From: Gammaproteobacteria bacterium
Lineage (GTDB): Bacteria; Pseudomonadota; Gammaproteobacteria; UBA4575
Direction of reading: 5' to 3'
NCBI GenBank assembly: GCA_965243395.1
Contig: CBDEUS010000002.1
Location: forward strand, 1 to 64,000
DNA length: 64,000 nt
Positions 23,017 to 33,459 of this stretch are shown in pieces. A program made the translations under genes and the position numbers. The stretch's first letter is position 1; each line of letters starts with the position of its first letter. A model generated the notes under the pieces. It ran no database searches. It was not told the origin of the DNA and saw nothing but the letters and a program-made list of their open reading frames with translations.

Positions 23017-23332
23017 ATTTCAAAAATTTCCCAAGTGTTAATTTGTCTCGATTAAAAATGAGATTATCGACATTCGTTTTTTGTGTAGCCTTGATTCCCA
23101 GGTATCTGCTGTTGACTCTGACACGCCAAATACCCACCAAAAATCAATAATTTCCAGACACTAATGATACTTGTGAATAGCACCTTCCAAGGCATTGCTG
23201 TGTCGTGAAAATACTTACTTTTATCGGTTAGAAAGATGGGCTTCAAACCAAATGCCATCTAGGATAAATAGATCATCGTGGGATCGGTCCCCATGACCAA
23301 TATCAGTCGAAATTTAGCTTAAATATAAGCGC

Positions 23333-23890
23333 TCAATAAAAATTGCGTAACTCACTAAAGCGTATATCAGATAACAAACTCTGGATCGAGAGTGCAGCAA
23401 ACCACTCGTCTCCTGAATTATAGAATGCAGTTATATGTTCAATGTGATCGTAGTCAAATCCGTCTGGAACTTCATCAATACCTTGATCACTATGAAAAGA
23501 TTTCATGCCAATGATTGAATCAATGATTAAACCATAATAATGACCTTGATAGTTCACTAGCAACATACGTTTTGATGTGTATTTTCCTGATATAGGTTTT
23601 GCAAAAATAAACTCATGAATATCTAACAATGTTATTAAATTTCCTCTTACATTAGCGATTCCTACCAACCATGATGGAGAACGAGGAATAGACGTATAGT
23701 CTTTTACACTTAATACTTCACTAACATCTGCAATAGGAATGATGTATTTATGTGTACCTAATTGAAAACCCAACCCATGTGAAAAACTAACATCGGACTC
23801 TTGCTGCACCAAACCCCCTTGTAGTGCAACACACTTGCGATCTACGCCCAGTAAATATTCAAATGGAGTGGTTTCTTCAGAAGCAGCCAT
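23333..23890 (-). CDS. pilI: CheW-like adaptor PilI
   Basis: IPRSPSWLVGIANVRGNL; position in pilGHIJ; ATG start chosen two codons inside the ORF-track start. Confidence 0.88.
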   Translation of the reverse strand: MAASEETTPFEYLLGVDRKCVALQGGLVQQESDVSFSHGLGFQLGTHKYIIPIADVSEVLSVKDYTSIPRSPSWLVGIANVRGNLITLLDIHEFIFAKPISGKYTSKRMLLVNYQGHYYGLIIDSIIGMKSFHSDQGIDEVPDGFDYDHIEHITAFYNSGDEWFAALSIQSLLSDIRFSELRNFY

Positions 23891-23910
23891 GCGCAATTCC
23901 TGCCGGAACC

Positions 23911-24276
23911 TTATGCCGCCAAAAATGATTTAATCGAATTAACCAGCATCTCCGAATCTACAGGTTTAACCAAATACCCTTTTGCACCCTGGCGCGTAGC
24001 CCAAACTTTATCTGTCTGCTGACTTTTAGTAGACACCATAACAACAGGAATCTCCGCTGTTTCAGGACTTGTAGTAATCTTTCGCGTAGCCTGAAAACCA
24101 TTCATACCGGGCATCACGATATCCATTAGAATCAAGTCCGGATGTATGTCTTTAGCGGCCTCAACTCCTTCCTCACCACTATCTGCAGTAGACACTTTGT
24201 GTCCGGTTTGCTCAAGCAGTTTAGAAATAAAGTGACGCTCTGTGGGAGAATCGTCTACAACAAGAATATGAGCCAT
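23911..24276 (-). CDS. pilH: Single-domain response regulator PilH
   Basis: MAHILVVDDSPTE, LMDIVMPGMNGFQATR, DKVWATRQGA. Confidence 0.93.
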   Translation of the reverse strand: MAHILVVDDSPTERHFISKLLEQTGHKVSTADSGEEGVEAAKDIHPDLILMDIVMPGMNGFQATRKITTSPETAEIPVVMVSTKSQQTDKVWATRQGAKGYLVKPVDSEMLVNSIKSFLAA

Positions 24277-24295
24277 ATCAATTTGGTTAGAGTTC

Positions 24296-24721
24296 TTACT
24301 TGCCACTGTATTCTGCAATGGCCCCTAATAAATCATCACGAGTAAACGGCTTTGTTAAATATTGTTCTGAACCTACAATTTTTCCTCGTGCTTTATCAAA
24401 AATACTATCTTTACTCGATAACATAATTACAGGTGTTGATTTAAACATACGATTATTTTTAATCAGTGCACAAGTTTGATAGCCATCTAAACGTGGCATC
24501 ATAATGTCGATAAAAATTAAATTAGGACGATGTTCTGCAATCATAGCTAATGCTTCAAAACCATCATTTGCCGTAAAAACTTCACAGCCTTCTTTAGTTA
24601 GTAAAGATTCAGCTGATTTGCGAATGGTTTTACTATCGTCAATCACCATAACCTTTAGTGCACTAGAACTATTTCCACCCGCTTGGGCTGAATCATCTAA
24701 CGCTAAACCACTTTCTTGCAT
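24296..24721 (-). CDS. pilG: Single-domain response regulator PilG
   Basis: KVMVIDDSKTIR, DIMMPRLDGYQTCALIKNN, MLSSKD; divergent from gshB. Confidence 0.96.
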   Translation of the reverse strand: MQESGLALDDSAQAGGNSSSALKVMVIDDSKTIRKSAESLLTKEGCEVFTANDGFEALAMIAEHRPNLIFIDIMMPRLDGYQTCALIKNNRMFKSTPVIMLSSKDSIFDKARGKIVGSEQYLTKPFTRDDLLGAIAEYSGK

Positions 24722-24913
24722 AATTTCTTCCTAAGATCGAATTTTGAACCGATATCGTCTATTGTGAGTACCAAATTGTTATTCTCCATGCCATACAAGC
24801 ATAATTACTTATCAAAGCAATGATTTGTATGGAAATACAACCATGCCAGCTATGAATAATAGGACAACAAACTTCCGATATAAGTAGTCTAATCCCGGAT
24901 GAGGTAGGCCCAT

Positions 24914-25870
24914 ATGACCATAAAACTAGCCGTAATCATGGACCCGATAGAAAGCATAAAGGTAAGCAAAGACAGTACCTTGGCAATGCTTCTGGAAGCC
25001 CAGAACCGAGATTATGAAGTCCACTTTTTGCAAACCGGCGACCTGTTTTTAAAGGATGGCAAACTCATGGGTCACTTGTCTCGGTTAGAAGTTCGAGATC
25101 AGCCTGAAAACTACTATACAAAACAAGCAGCCAAACTTATGGAAATATCCATGTTTGATGTAGTGCTGATGCGCAAGGACCCGCCATTTAATATGGAATA
25201 TATCTACACTACGTACTTGTTAGATCGCCTGGTTGATTCTAATACTTTGGTTATTAATGATCCTACGAGTTTACGTAACGCTAATGAAAAATTGTTTGCC
25301 ACCCAATTTAAAGACTGTATTGCTCCTTACATAGTTACCCAAAAACAATCTTTGTTGAATGAATTTATTGAGGAACATAAACAAATTGTCGTAAAACCTT
25401 TAGACGGCATGGCAGGCAATTCCATTTTTCAAGTCAGACATGATGATACGAATCGCAACGTCATACTAGAAACCATTACACAGCAACAACAATGTACCGT
25501 AATGGCACAAAAGTTTATTCCGGAATATGTGGAGGGTGATAAGCGCATAATACTAGTGAATGGTGAGCCGATCCCCTATGCCTTGTTACGCGTTCCCTCT
25601 CGAGGAGAGCTACGAGCAAACCTGGCTAAGGGTGGCAGCGCAAAAGGTATTGAGCTGAACGATAGGGATCAATATATATGTGATCAAGTCAAACCTATTT
25701 TGCAAAAATTACGCCTAAGTTTCGTAGGCCTAGACGTGATAGGAGAATTTCTAACCGAAATTAATGTTACCAGCCCAACGGGAATACGCGAATTGGATAA
25801 AATGTATGAATTAAATATAAGTGCACAATTATTTGATCATATTGAATCTCAACTAAAAGGTTATCAATGA
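24914..25870 (+). CDS. gshB: Glutathione synthetase
   Basis: MDPI...KDST, MRKDPPF, KPLDGM, GDKRI, EINVTSPTG. Confidence 0.97.
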   Translation: MTIKLAVIMDPIESIKVSKDSTLAMLLEAQNRDYEVHFLQTGDLFLKDGKLMGHLSRLEVRDQPENYYTKQAAKLMEISMFDVVLMRKDPPFNMEYIYTTYLLDRLVDSNTLVINDPTSLRNANEKLFATQFKDCIAPYIVTQKQSLLNEFIEEHKQIVVKPLDGMAGNSIFQVRHDDTNRNVILETITQQQQCTVMAQKFIPEYVEGDKRIILVNGEPIPYALLRVPSRGELRANLAKGGSAKGIELNDRDQYICDQVKPILQKLRLSFVGLDVIGEFLTEINVTSPTGIRELDKMYELNISAQLFDHIESQLKGYQ

Positions 25871-26004
25871 TGCATGGTTTGGTGATATTTCTTCTATACG
25901 GTTTTCCCCAATAGATGAATGAAACTCGAAATAAGTTTTTCTCGCCAACAAACACTTACAATATATAAAATCACCATAATTTAGTTATACCATTTATTAA
26001 CACC

Positions 26005-26895
26005 ATGTCAGCTGTAGTCAATCCCGTACAAGTAACTGCATCTGATCGACTTGGTTTTAGTTTATTTTTTGCTGCAATTCTGCATGCAATTTTGATTTTA
26101 GGTTTAGGGTTTGGTCTTCCTTTTGTAAGTGATTTTAATACTTCATCCATGCTTGAAGTCACTATGGTGCTAACTAAAACACACCAAGAACCTGATGAGG
26201 CTAAACATATTGCCAGTGAAAACCAATTAGCAAGCGGAAGCACAAATCAAGAAAATCAACCTTCGGCACCTTTTAGCGGCAGTAGCTTTAACCAAAACAC
26301 CGGTATTGCGCTAAATCAAGCCACACAGAATCCACCGCCTGCGAATGATACAAATGAACAACAGGAACAACTTATTACACAAAACAAATCTACCACAAGT
26401 GTGGTTGTAAATGATGTAAAAGAGATTTCCGAAAAACCTATTCCAAACAGAAAAAAAAGTATTTCCAAACAGGAGCTAGAATTGGCTAAATTAGTTGCAG
26501 AACTGCGACAAGAAGAGAGTGATTACGCTAAGCGTCCTCGAATAAATTACATAGACACATTAAGCGCCAAAACCGCAACAGAAGCCACTTATGTTCGCGA
26601 ATGGGTAGAGAAAGTTGAGCGAGTCGGCAACCTCAATTATCCCGATGAGGTTAGAAATCAAGGTCTATCTGGGACATTGATCCTTAGTGTGCTTTTGAAT
26701 CATGATGGTACTGTGGAATTAATGGAAATTCGCTCTTCTGCGGGCAGATCATTATTGGATGAATCGGCAAAAAGAATTGTCAACTTCTCATCACCGTTTC
26801 AACCCTTCCCAGAAGAAATGCGAGATAACTATGATCAGCTAATGATTACTCGAACATGGTTATTCGGTAAAGACAACACTCTACTTACCAAATGA
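26005..26895 (+). CDS. TonB-family energy transducer (TonB3-like)
   Basis: N-terminal TM with conserved His (AAILH); C-terminal TonB domain KVERVGNLNYP..ITRTW; position between gshB and algH. Confidence 0.85.
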   Translation: MSAVVNPVQVTASDRLGFSLFFAAILHAILILGLGFGLPFVSDFNTSSMLEVTMVLTKTHQEPDEAKHIASENQLASGSTNQENQPSAPFSGSSFNQNTGIALNQATQNPPPANDTNEQQEQLITQNKSTTSVVVNDVKEISEKPIPNRKKSISKQELELAKLVAELRQEESDYAKRPRINYIDTLSAKTATEATYVREWVEKVERVGNLNYPDEVRNQGLSGTLILSVLLNHDGTVELMEIRSSAGRSLLDESAKRIVNFSSPFQPFPEEMRDNYDQLMITRTWLFGKDNTLLTK

Positions 26896-26925
26896 AATGG
26901 TAAAGCAGGTAAAAAAATAACAAGC

Positions 26926-27510
26926 ATGTCAGAAAGTCTGACTAAGCAATTACTCATCGCCATGCCCAGCATGGAGGATCCTAATTTTTCCCGCACAGTT
27001 ACTGTAATTTGCGAACACAATCAGCATGGTGCTATGGGCATCATCATCAATCAACCAACCACGATGTTCGTGGACGAGTTACTCAGAAATTTAGTTGACG
27101 AAGAAATTAATGAAACCCAACAAGCTGAAGATCAAATTAAGCTTGCTAAACATGGTCCAGTATACGCCGGCGGACCTGTGCACATTGACCGAGGCTTCAT
27201 ATTACATGACTCTGACCGGCAATGGCCTTCTACTCACATTATTGATAACGACTTAAAGCTTACAACTTCAGAAGATATTCTTTTTGATATCGCTCAAGAT
27301 AAGGGCCCAAAAAATGCGATTGTGGCTCTAGGGTATGCTGGCTGGAGTGCAGGACAATTAGAACAAGAAATATCAGATAATGCTTGGCTAACTGTTCCTT
27401 ATGAAGCAAAGATCGTATTCGACACTCCAATTGAGCAACGTTGGCAATCTGCGGCAACTAAAATTGGTGTGGACCTGCATTTAATATCCAATCAAACTGG
27501 CCATGCATAA
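26926..27510 (+). CDS. algH: YqgE/AlgH (UPF0301) family protein
   Basis: LLIAMP..DPNF, GAMGIIINQP, GGPV, LGYAGWSAGQLEQE. Confidence 0.95.
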   Translation: MSESLTKQLLIAMPSMEDPNFSRTVTVICEHNQHGAMGIIINQPTTMFVDELLRNLVDEEINETQQAEDQIKLAKHGPVYAGGPVHIDRGFILHDSDRQWPSTHIIDNDLKLTTSEDILFDIAQDKGPKNAIVALGYAGWSAGQLEQEISDNAWLTVPYEAKIVFDTPIEQRWQSAATKIGVDLHLISNQTGHA

Positions 27511-27563
27511 GCGACCTCTTAAACCAACGAATATAAAAATCTCAACTGTCTTGCCTTACTATA

Positions 27564-27995
27564 ATGGCTAGCGTAATTGGTTTTGATTATGGTGAAAGGA
27601 GAATAGGTGTTGCAATTGGTGTTACCGATGTTAAATCGGCAAATCCACTGACAACTCTAATCGTACCTACGAGTGGAGTCCCCTGGGACAAAATAAACTC
27701 TATCATTGAGGAATGGAATCCATATATGTTGGTTGTCGGCTGTGTTGAACACGCTACTCAAAATAATAATACCATCCAAAAACATATAAGTGACTTTTGC
27801 AAAAATCTCAATTCACGTTACCATCTACCCGTAGAAACGATTGATGAGTCATATACTTCAGTCAAAGCCTATGAAATTCTTAAAGAGCTACGTAGCCAAG
27901 GACGAAAAAAAATAAGCAAAACTGACATAGACAAGGCCTCTGCCGCAATCATTTTAGATTCGTGGTTTTCTTCTAAAATTGAATCTCAATCATGA
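27564..27995 (+). CDS. ruvX: YqgF/RuvX pre-16S rRNA nuclease
   Basis: GFDYGERRIGVA, DESYTS, D..SA.IIL. Confidence 0.93.
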   Translation: MASVIGFDYGERRIGVAIGVTDVKSANPLTTLIVPTSGVPWDKINSIIEEWNPYMLVVGCVEHATQNNNTIQKHISDFCKNLNSRYHLPVETIDESYTSVKAYEILKELRSQGRKKISKTDIDKASAAIILDSWFSSKIESQS

Positions 27996-28495
27996 CCGAA
28001 CTAAATGCCCAACAACTTACCGAAAACCTAGGAAAAGACTTAAAGAGCTATTTATCCGAGCATGAAATAGTTGATCCAATTTTTATTGGTATACAAACTG
28101 GCGGGGTATGGATTGCCAAACAATTACAAACATTACTAAACAATAAAGACAAACTTGGTGTATTAGACATTACATTTTATCGAGATGATTTCAGCCGCGT
28201 TGGCATTCAACCCACCGTTAAACCTTCTAAACTTCCTTTAAGCGTCGATAATCAACATATCGTTTTAATTGACGATATTTTGCATACTGGACGTACTATT
28301 CGTGCAGCACTGAATGAAATATTTGACTATGGGAGACCAGCTTCCGTAACACTAGTAGTCTTGGTTCAGCGTAACGGGAAAGAATTGCCGATTCAACCGG
28401 ACGTGGTTGCGAAAACATTAACTTTAGACGTTACACAACACATAAAGTTACGTGGGCCAGATCCCTTAAAGTTAGAAATTATTGATCAAAAGTAA
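27992..28495 (+). CDS. pyrR: PyrR / uracil phosphoribosyltransferase
   Basis: LDITFYRDD, DDILHTGRTIRAAL, ELPIQPD. Confidence 0.95.
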   Translation: MTELNAQQLTENLGKDLKSYLSEHEIVDPIFIGIQTGGVWIAKQLQTLLNNKDKLGVLDITFYRDDFSRVGIQPTVKPSKLPLSVDNQHIVLIDDILHTGRTIRAALNEIFDYGRPASVTLVVLVQRNGKELPIQPDVVAKTLTLDVTQHIKLRGPDPLKLEIIDQK

Positions 28496-28501
28496 TTAAT
28501 A

Positions 28502-29440
28502 ATGCGACATTTTTTACAAATAGACGGACACAGTGCTAAAGAGTTGAACCATATCTTAGATACTGCGGAATCGTTTACTAGTGTTGATGATCGTGCTGTA
28601 AAAAAAGTCCCTCTACTTCGTGGTAAAACCATAGTTAATCTTTTCTTTGAGCCCAGCACACGTACGCGCACAACTTTTGAACTTGCAGCAAAAAGACTTT
28701 CTGCTGATGTTTTAAATATTAATATTGCAACTTCTGCAACAACAAAAGGTGAAAGTCTGCTTGACACATTGTTTAACTTAGAGGCCATGAACTCAGACAT
28801 GTTCATAGTTAGACATCCAGAGAGTGGTGCGGCTGAATTTATGAGTAACTATGTTGCACCTCACGTTAGTATTATCAACGCTGGCGATGGTAGGCATGCG
28901 CACCCTACCCAAGCAATGTTAGATATGTTCACTATCCGAAAACACAAAAATGATTTTTCTAAAGTAAAAGTGGCCATAGTTGGCGATATCTTACATTCAC
29001 GCGTCGCGCGCTCACAAATTGAGGCACTGAATTTACTAGGGGCACGCGAGATTCGAGTAATTGCACCGAGAACACTATTACCAGCAAACATTACACAACT
29101 TGGCGTTGAAGTATTTCAAACCTGTAAAGATGGATTACGCGATGTCGATGTAATCATCATGTTAAGACTGCAAAAAGAACGTATGCAAGGCGCATTTCTT
29201 CCCAGTGAACATGAGTACTTTCAGCTTTATGGATTGACATCGGAACGTCTTGCATTTGCTAAACCTGACGCAATAGTCATGCATCCAGGACCCATCAACC
29301 GTGGTGTGGAAATCAGCTCAGAAGTTGCAGATGGACCACAATCCGTTATTTTGCAACAAGTCGAGTATGGTATTGCAGTGCGCATGGCCATTTTATCAAT
29401 CGCAATGGGCTCACATGATGATTTGGATAATGACACATGA
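28502..29440 (+). CDS. pyrB: Aspartate carbamoyltransferase catalytic subunit
   Basis: [30 protein letters not shown]. Confidence 0.98.
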   Translation: MRHFLQIDGHSAKELNHILDTAESFTSVDDRAVKKVPLLRGKTIVNLFFEPSTRTRTTFELAAKRLSADVLNINIATSATTKGESLLDTLFNLEAMNSDMFIVRHPESGAAEFMSNYVAPHVSIINAGDGRHAHPTQAMLDMFTIRKHKNDFSKVKVAIVGDILHSRVARSQIEALNLLGAREIRVIAPRTLLPANITQLGVEVFQTCKDGLRDVDVIIMLRLQKERMQGAFLPSEHEYFQLYGLTSERLAFAKPDAIVMHPGPINRGVEISSEVADGPQSVILQQVEYGIAVRMAILSIAMGSHDDLDNDT

Positions 29441-30723
29441 AGCTTGAAATCATAAATGGTCATCTTGTTGATCCTAAAAATGAAATAGATCAACAAGCGA
29501 ATGTGTATATTGCGGATGGCAAAGTTATTGCAGTTGGTAAACAGCCTGCTGACTGGCAAGCGGATCAATCTATTGATGCTAAAAGCAAGTTAGTACTTCC
29601 TGGTTTAGTTGAATTATCCGCTAATTTACGTGAGCCTGGGCACGAACATAAAGCAACAGTGCAATCCGAAACTCAAGCTGCCGCTGCCGCTGGCATCACT
29701 AGTCTTGCATGTTTACCTAATACCGATCCAGCTGTTGATTCCCCAGCACAAGTAGAACTTATTGAGCAACTCTCTCATGACAGCGGGAAATGTCGAGTCT
29801 ACGTAATCGGTGCGTTGACTTCAGGACTACGTGGCGAGAACTTAAGCGAGATGGCAGCTCTTAAAGCAGCCGGCTGTGTAGGCGTTAGTAATGTATTTCA
29901 TCCAATGAAAAGCTCTTTAGTACTGCGACGTGCAATGGAGTATGCCAGTAGTCAAGATTTAACCATATTTTCTTATCCACTCGTTCATGCCTTGGCCAAT
30001 AATGGATGTGTGCATGAAGGCATAACTTCATCACGTTTGGGATTACCCGGTATCCCAGCTGCAGCAGAAACAGCGGCCGTTGCATTTCAAATTGCATTAA
30101 TTGAAGAATTAAATGTACGCACCCATTTCTGCCGTATTTCAACTCATCGATCCGTAAATATGATCGCACGCGCACGATTCGACAAACTACCCATCACAGC
30201 TGACACGAGTATTTTGCACTTATATTTAACCGATCAGGAAATCCAAGGCTTTGATGGTTTATGCCATAACCAACCACCCTTTAGAACCACAGAAGATAGA
30301 GACGGTCTACGAAAAGGTGTTCGTGATAACACCTTATCCGCAATTTGTGCTGATCATCAGCCACATGAAATTGAAGCAAAACTTGCTCCATTTCAATCCA
30401 CCGAACCAGGTAGCTCTACCTTAGAAACTTTATTACCGTTAACTTTGGAGCTGGTAAAAGAAGATGTTCTCTCATTAAGCGATGCGGTAAATATGATTAC
30501 TCAACAGCCCGCCGATATTCTTGGTATCTCTGCTGGAAATTTATGTGTAGGGTCAAATGCCGATGTCTGCATTGTAGATTTGAAAATGAGCTGGATTTTA
30601 AATAGTGAAAACATGTACAGCCAAGGGAAAAACACCCCTCTGCTCGGTGACCAACTCAATGGTCGTGTAACGCATACCATACTGGGTGGTCAGCTCATTT
30701 ATGAAAATAATATAAAAAATTAA
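29437..30723 (+). CDS. pyrC: Dihydroorotase-like subunit (probably non-catalytic PyrC')
   Basis: Amidohydrolase fold, but [14 protein letters not shown] replaces the metal-binding DxHxH motif; overlaps the pyrB stop. Confidence 0.85.
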   Translation: MKLEIINGHLVDPKNEIDQQANVYIADGKVIAVGKQPADWQADQSIDAKSKLVLPGLVELSANLREPGHEHKATVQSETQAAAAAGITSLACLPNTDPAVDSPAQVELIEQLSHDSGKCRVYVIGALTSGLRGENLSEMAALKAAGCVGVSNVFHPMKSSLVLRRAMEYASSQDLTIFSYPLVHALANNGCVHEGITSSRLGLPGIPAAAETAAVAFQIALIEELNVRTHFCRISTHRSVNMIARARFDKLPITADTSILHLYLTDQEIQGFDGLCHNQPPFRTTEDRDGLRKGVRDNTLSAICADHQPHEIEAKLAPFQSTEPGSSTLETLLPLTLELVKEDVLSLSDAVNMITQQPADILGISAGNLCVGSNADVCIVDLKMSWILNSENMYSQGKNTPLLGDQLNGRVTHTILGGQLIYENNIKN

Positions 30724-30734
30724 AAGGATAAACT

Positions 30735-31604
30735 CTGAATTCTCATCGCGGAACAATATTTGAAGAATCTGCAAACGTAATCCATCAAGAAGCACTCGCT
30801 GCAGAACAATACTGTCTCTCATTACATGCTCCTAAGTGTGCTCAAAATGCACGTGCAGGTAATTTCGTACATTTGCAATGCGATACGCAACTTGGACTGC
30901 GTCGTCCCTATTCAATTATGCGTGCCAATAAACAAAACGGGCAAATTGATATTCTTTACAAAGTAGTTGGAGAGGGCAGTGCGCTGCTAGCGACGCGAAA
31001 AAGTGGCGATATCATTCAATGCCTAGGACCTATAGGCAACCAATTCACGTTAAGTGAAAAAACAACACACCCATTGCTACTAGGTGGAGGTGTGGGCATT
31101 CCACCCATGGTGTTTTTTGCGGATGAATTAAGACAACAAAAAAACGTTCATCCCTTCGTAATCATGGGCTCGGAAATTCCTTTTCCTTTTACTACTCAAC
31201 CATCAAAAATAATGGTTCCCAATATACCTGGAGAAGTGATTGCAGCTATGCCATTACTTGATGATTGGAACATTGCTTCACGCCTAACCAGTCAACAAGG
31301 TTATCAAGGTTGTTATCAAGGTTATGTACATGAACTCGCTGAAGAGTGGCTACAAGGATTGGATGAAAAAACTAAACAAAAAGTGGAAATTTTCTCGTGC
31401 GGACCAACACCCATGCTGCAAGCGGTTGCAGCACTTGCTGGCAAACACTCACTCCCGTGTCAACTTTCACTTGAAGAACACATGGCCTGCGCTGTTGGTG
31501 GCTGTGCAGGTTGTGTAGTACCTTATAAAGAAAACAATAAAATCACCGCCATGAAACGCGTCTGTGTCGATGGCCCGATCTTTAATGCTGAAAATATTTA
31601 TTAA
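30735..31604 (+). CDS. pyrK: Dihydroorotate dehydrogenase electron-transfer subunit (probable CTG start)
   Basis: LRRPYSI, GGGVGIPP, CGPTPML, MACAVGGCAGC..RVCVDGP (2Fe-2S). The frame is open 46 codons upstream of the ORF-track start, to a CTG after AAGGA. Confidence 0.88.
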   Translation: MNSHRGTIFEESANVIHQEALAAEQYCLSLHAPKCAQNARAGNFVHLQCDTQLGLRRPYSIMRANKQNGQIDILYKVVGEGSALLATRKSGDIIQCLGPIGNQFTLSEKTTHPLLLGGGVGIPPMVFFADELRQQKNVHPFVIMGSEIPFPFTTQPSKIMVPNIPGEVIAAMPLLDDWNIASRLTSQQGYQGCYQGYVHELAEEWLQGLDEKTKQKVEIFSCGPTPMLQAVAALAGKHSLPCQLSLEEHMACAVGGCAGCVVPYKENNKITAMKRVCVDGPIFNAENIY

Positions 31605-31727
31605 AAAACAAATGGATGTAACTTATCCGAACAACTCAGAAATCCTTGCCGAGGTTTAATTTCCTGACAGTCAAATCTAAAATTAACGGATAGCTTTCTA
31701 GTAATTATCAGACTAAATCTATATTTA

Positions 31728-31832
31728 TTATTGCTGCTTCTTTTCCTTTCTTATGTGACCAGCCAAAGCCCAAAAAAATATAACTAAGCCCAGAAGCATT
31801 ATAATGAAGGTCCATGTAATTATTTCACCCAT
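31728..31832 (-). CDS. Putative 34-aa single-pass membrane protein
   Basis: GAGGGGAG-tt-ATG; MGEIITWTFIIMLLGLVIFFWALAGHIRKEKKQQ*; hydrophobic helix plus basic tail. Confidence 0.55.
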   Translation of the reverse strand: MGEIITWTFIIMLLGLVIFFWALAGHIRKEKKQQ

Positions 31833-31990
31833 AACTCCCCTCTTTCATTTTTAATTTTAAGAATGTTTTATTTTACATTAAATTAATACTTTTGAGTGTC
31901 TCCTTTAGCTCAGGAGAAAATATAAACTCAGCTTCGATGTGGTAAATTTGTCTAGAATCAACAATTTACAAACTTAAAATGCCCGCAACA

Positions 31991-32040
31991 ACCGTCATGG
32001 ATTGTGGAAGTGCATAATTTGCCGAGACAAATTTCTGCCG
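31991..32040. repeat. Degenerate ~50-bp intergenic repeat, copy 1
   Basis: accgtcatggattgtggaagtgcataattt...ttctgccg aligns with 45999-46047. Confidence 0.45.
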
Positions 32041-32107
32041 ACCTAATGTTGATATCTTACAGCTAAGGGTAGAATTGAAATGTTTTCGCAGAAGAGCGAT
32101 ATAGAGA

Positions 32108-33442
32108 TTATTGATCGCCAAACACCGACTTCAATCGGTCTAAATAGCCTGAGTCCTTGTCTTCTTCTTCCTCGAAAATTGGTTTTCCAGACTCTGTTGA
32201 TGCACCTTTGTCAGATTGCACCTCATCCAGTATGTCATCATCAAACCCAACATGGCTATCTAATGCGTCTTCACTGACCGAATCAGATAAGGTAGGAGGT
32301 GCCTTCTTTCCTTTCGTATTTGCTAGGTCAGGTTGTTCTGACGGGAACACCAATTGATCGCTTGACTCACTAACACTTTTAACGCCACCACCAAAATTGA
32401 TTTGCCACTCAAGATTACCGCGTGAATCAGCATTATTTAATGCATCATCTAGTGAGATCCGTTCGCTCTTATATAAATCATAAAGTGATTGATCAAAAGT
32501 TTGCATTCCAGAAGCAGCACCTTTTTCCATAATCTCTTTAATCTCACCAATATCACCTCGTTTAATGAGTTCTGAAATGTAAGGTGTGTTGATCATGACC
32601 TCAACTGCCGGTACACGACCGCCTTCTACACTTGGAATCAAACGTTGTGAAATGATACTGCGTAAGTTTAATGATAAGTCCATTAAGATTTGCGCCTTAC
32701 CTTCCGGTGGGAAAAAGTTAACAATACGATCAAGCGCTTGGTTAGAGTTAACAGCGTGTAATGTTGTCAAACATAAATGACCCGTATCAGCATAAGTAAT
32801 AGCTGCTTCCATGGTTTGCTTGTCACGCACCTCACCAATCATGATTAAATCGGGTGCTTCACGCATTGCCTCACGCAAGGCATTTTCATAAGAAAGAGTA
32901 TCCAATCCCACTTCACGTTGACCAATAATCGATTTCTTATGGCTGAAAGCGTACTCAATGGGGTCTTCTATGGTAAGAATATGTCCAGTTTGCTCGATGT
33001 TACGGTGCTCAATCATGGAAGCCAAAGATGTTGACTTACCTGAACCGGTGGAACCTACAACCAGCACTAGTCCATTTTTTTGCATCACCAGTTTTTTAAG
33101 AATGGGTGGCAATCCTAGTACTTCCAAATCAGGAATATCACCTTTAATGTAACGAATCACCATTGAAATTTCGCCACGCTGATAATATAAATTGACACGG
33201 AATCGGCCTGCACCTGCGACTGAAATACCAAGGTTCATCTCCTTAGTCATTTCGAATTCTCTGATCTGCTGATCATCCATGATGCTGTATGCGATTTTCT
33301 TCACTACACCTGGCTCGAGAACATTTCTACTCACACGACGCGTGACACCTTCAACTTTTGTGCACACGGGAGCGCCTGTAGTAAAAAACAGGTCAGAAGC
33401 ATTTTGCTCCACCATCAGTTTTAGGTAAGGATCAATGTTCAT
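32108..33442 (-). CDS. Second PilU-like retraction ATPase with an acidic C-terminal extension
   Basis: ASDLF, GSTGSGKST, TIEDPIE, REAPD..GEVRD, GHL..TLHA, GMQTFDQ; D/E-rich tail. Confidence 0.9.
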   Translation of the reverse strand: MNIDPYLKLMVEQNASDLFFTTGAPVCTKVEGVTRRVSRNVLEPGVVKKIAYSIMDDQQIREFEMTKEMNLGISVAGAGRFRVNLYYQRGEISMVIRYIKGDIPDLEVLGLPPILKKLVMQKNGLVLVVGSTGSGKSTSLASMIEHRNIEQTGHILTIEDPIEYAFSHKKSIIGQREVGLDTLSYENALREAMREAPDLIMIGEVRDKQTMEAAITYADTGHLCLTTLHAVNSNQALDRIVNFFPPEGKAQILMDLSLNLRSIISQRLIPSVEGGRVPAVEVMINTPYISELIKRGDIGEIKEIMEKGAASGMQTFDQSLYDLYKSERISLDDALNNADSRGNLEWQINFGGGVKSVSESSDQLVFPSEQPDLANTKGKKAPPTLSDSVSEDALDSHVGFDDDILDEVQSDKGASTESGKPIFEEEEDKDSGYLDRLKSVFGDQ

Positions 33443-33459
33443 TGCGTATATTTTATAAC

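Noticed and set aside
22895-23258. Short ORFs in the pilI-pilJ gap as a frameshifted PilJ N-terminus
   Set aside because: PilJ already has both TM helices in a single frame, and these ORFs show no PilJ-like motif.
29437-30723. Dihydroorotase lacking metal ligands as a pseudogene or novelty
   Set aside because: The ORF is intact, and an inactive PyrC' partner of ATCase is established in Pseudomonas-type operons.
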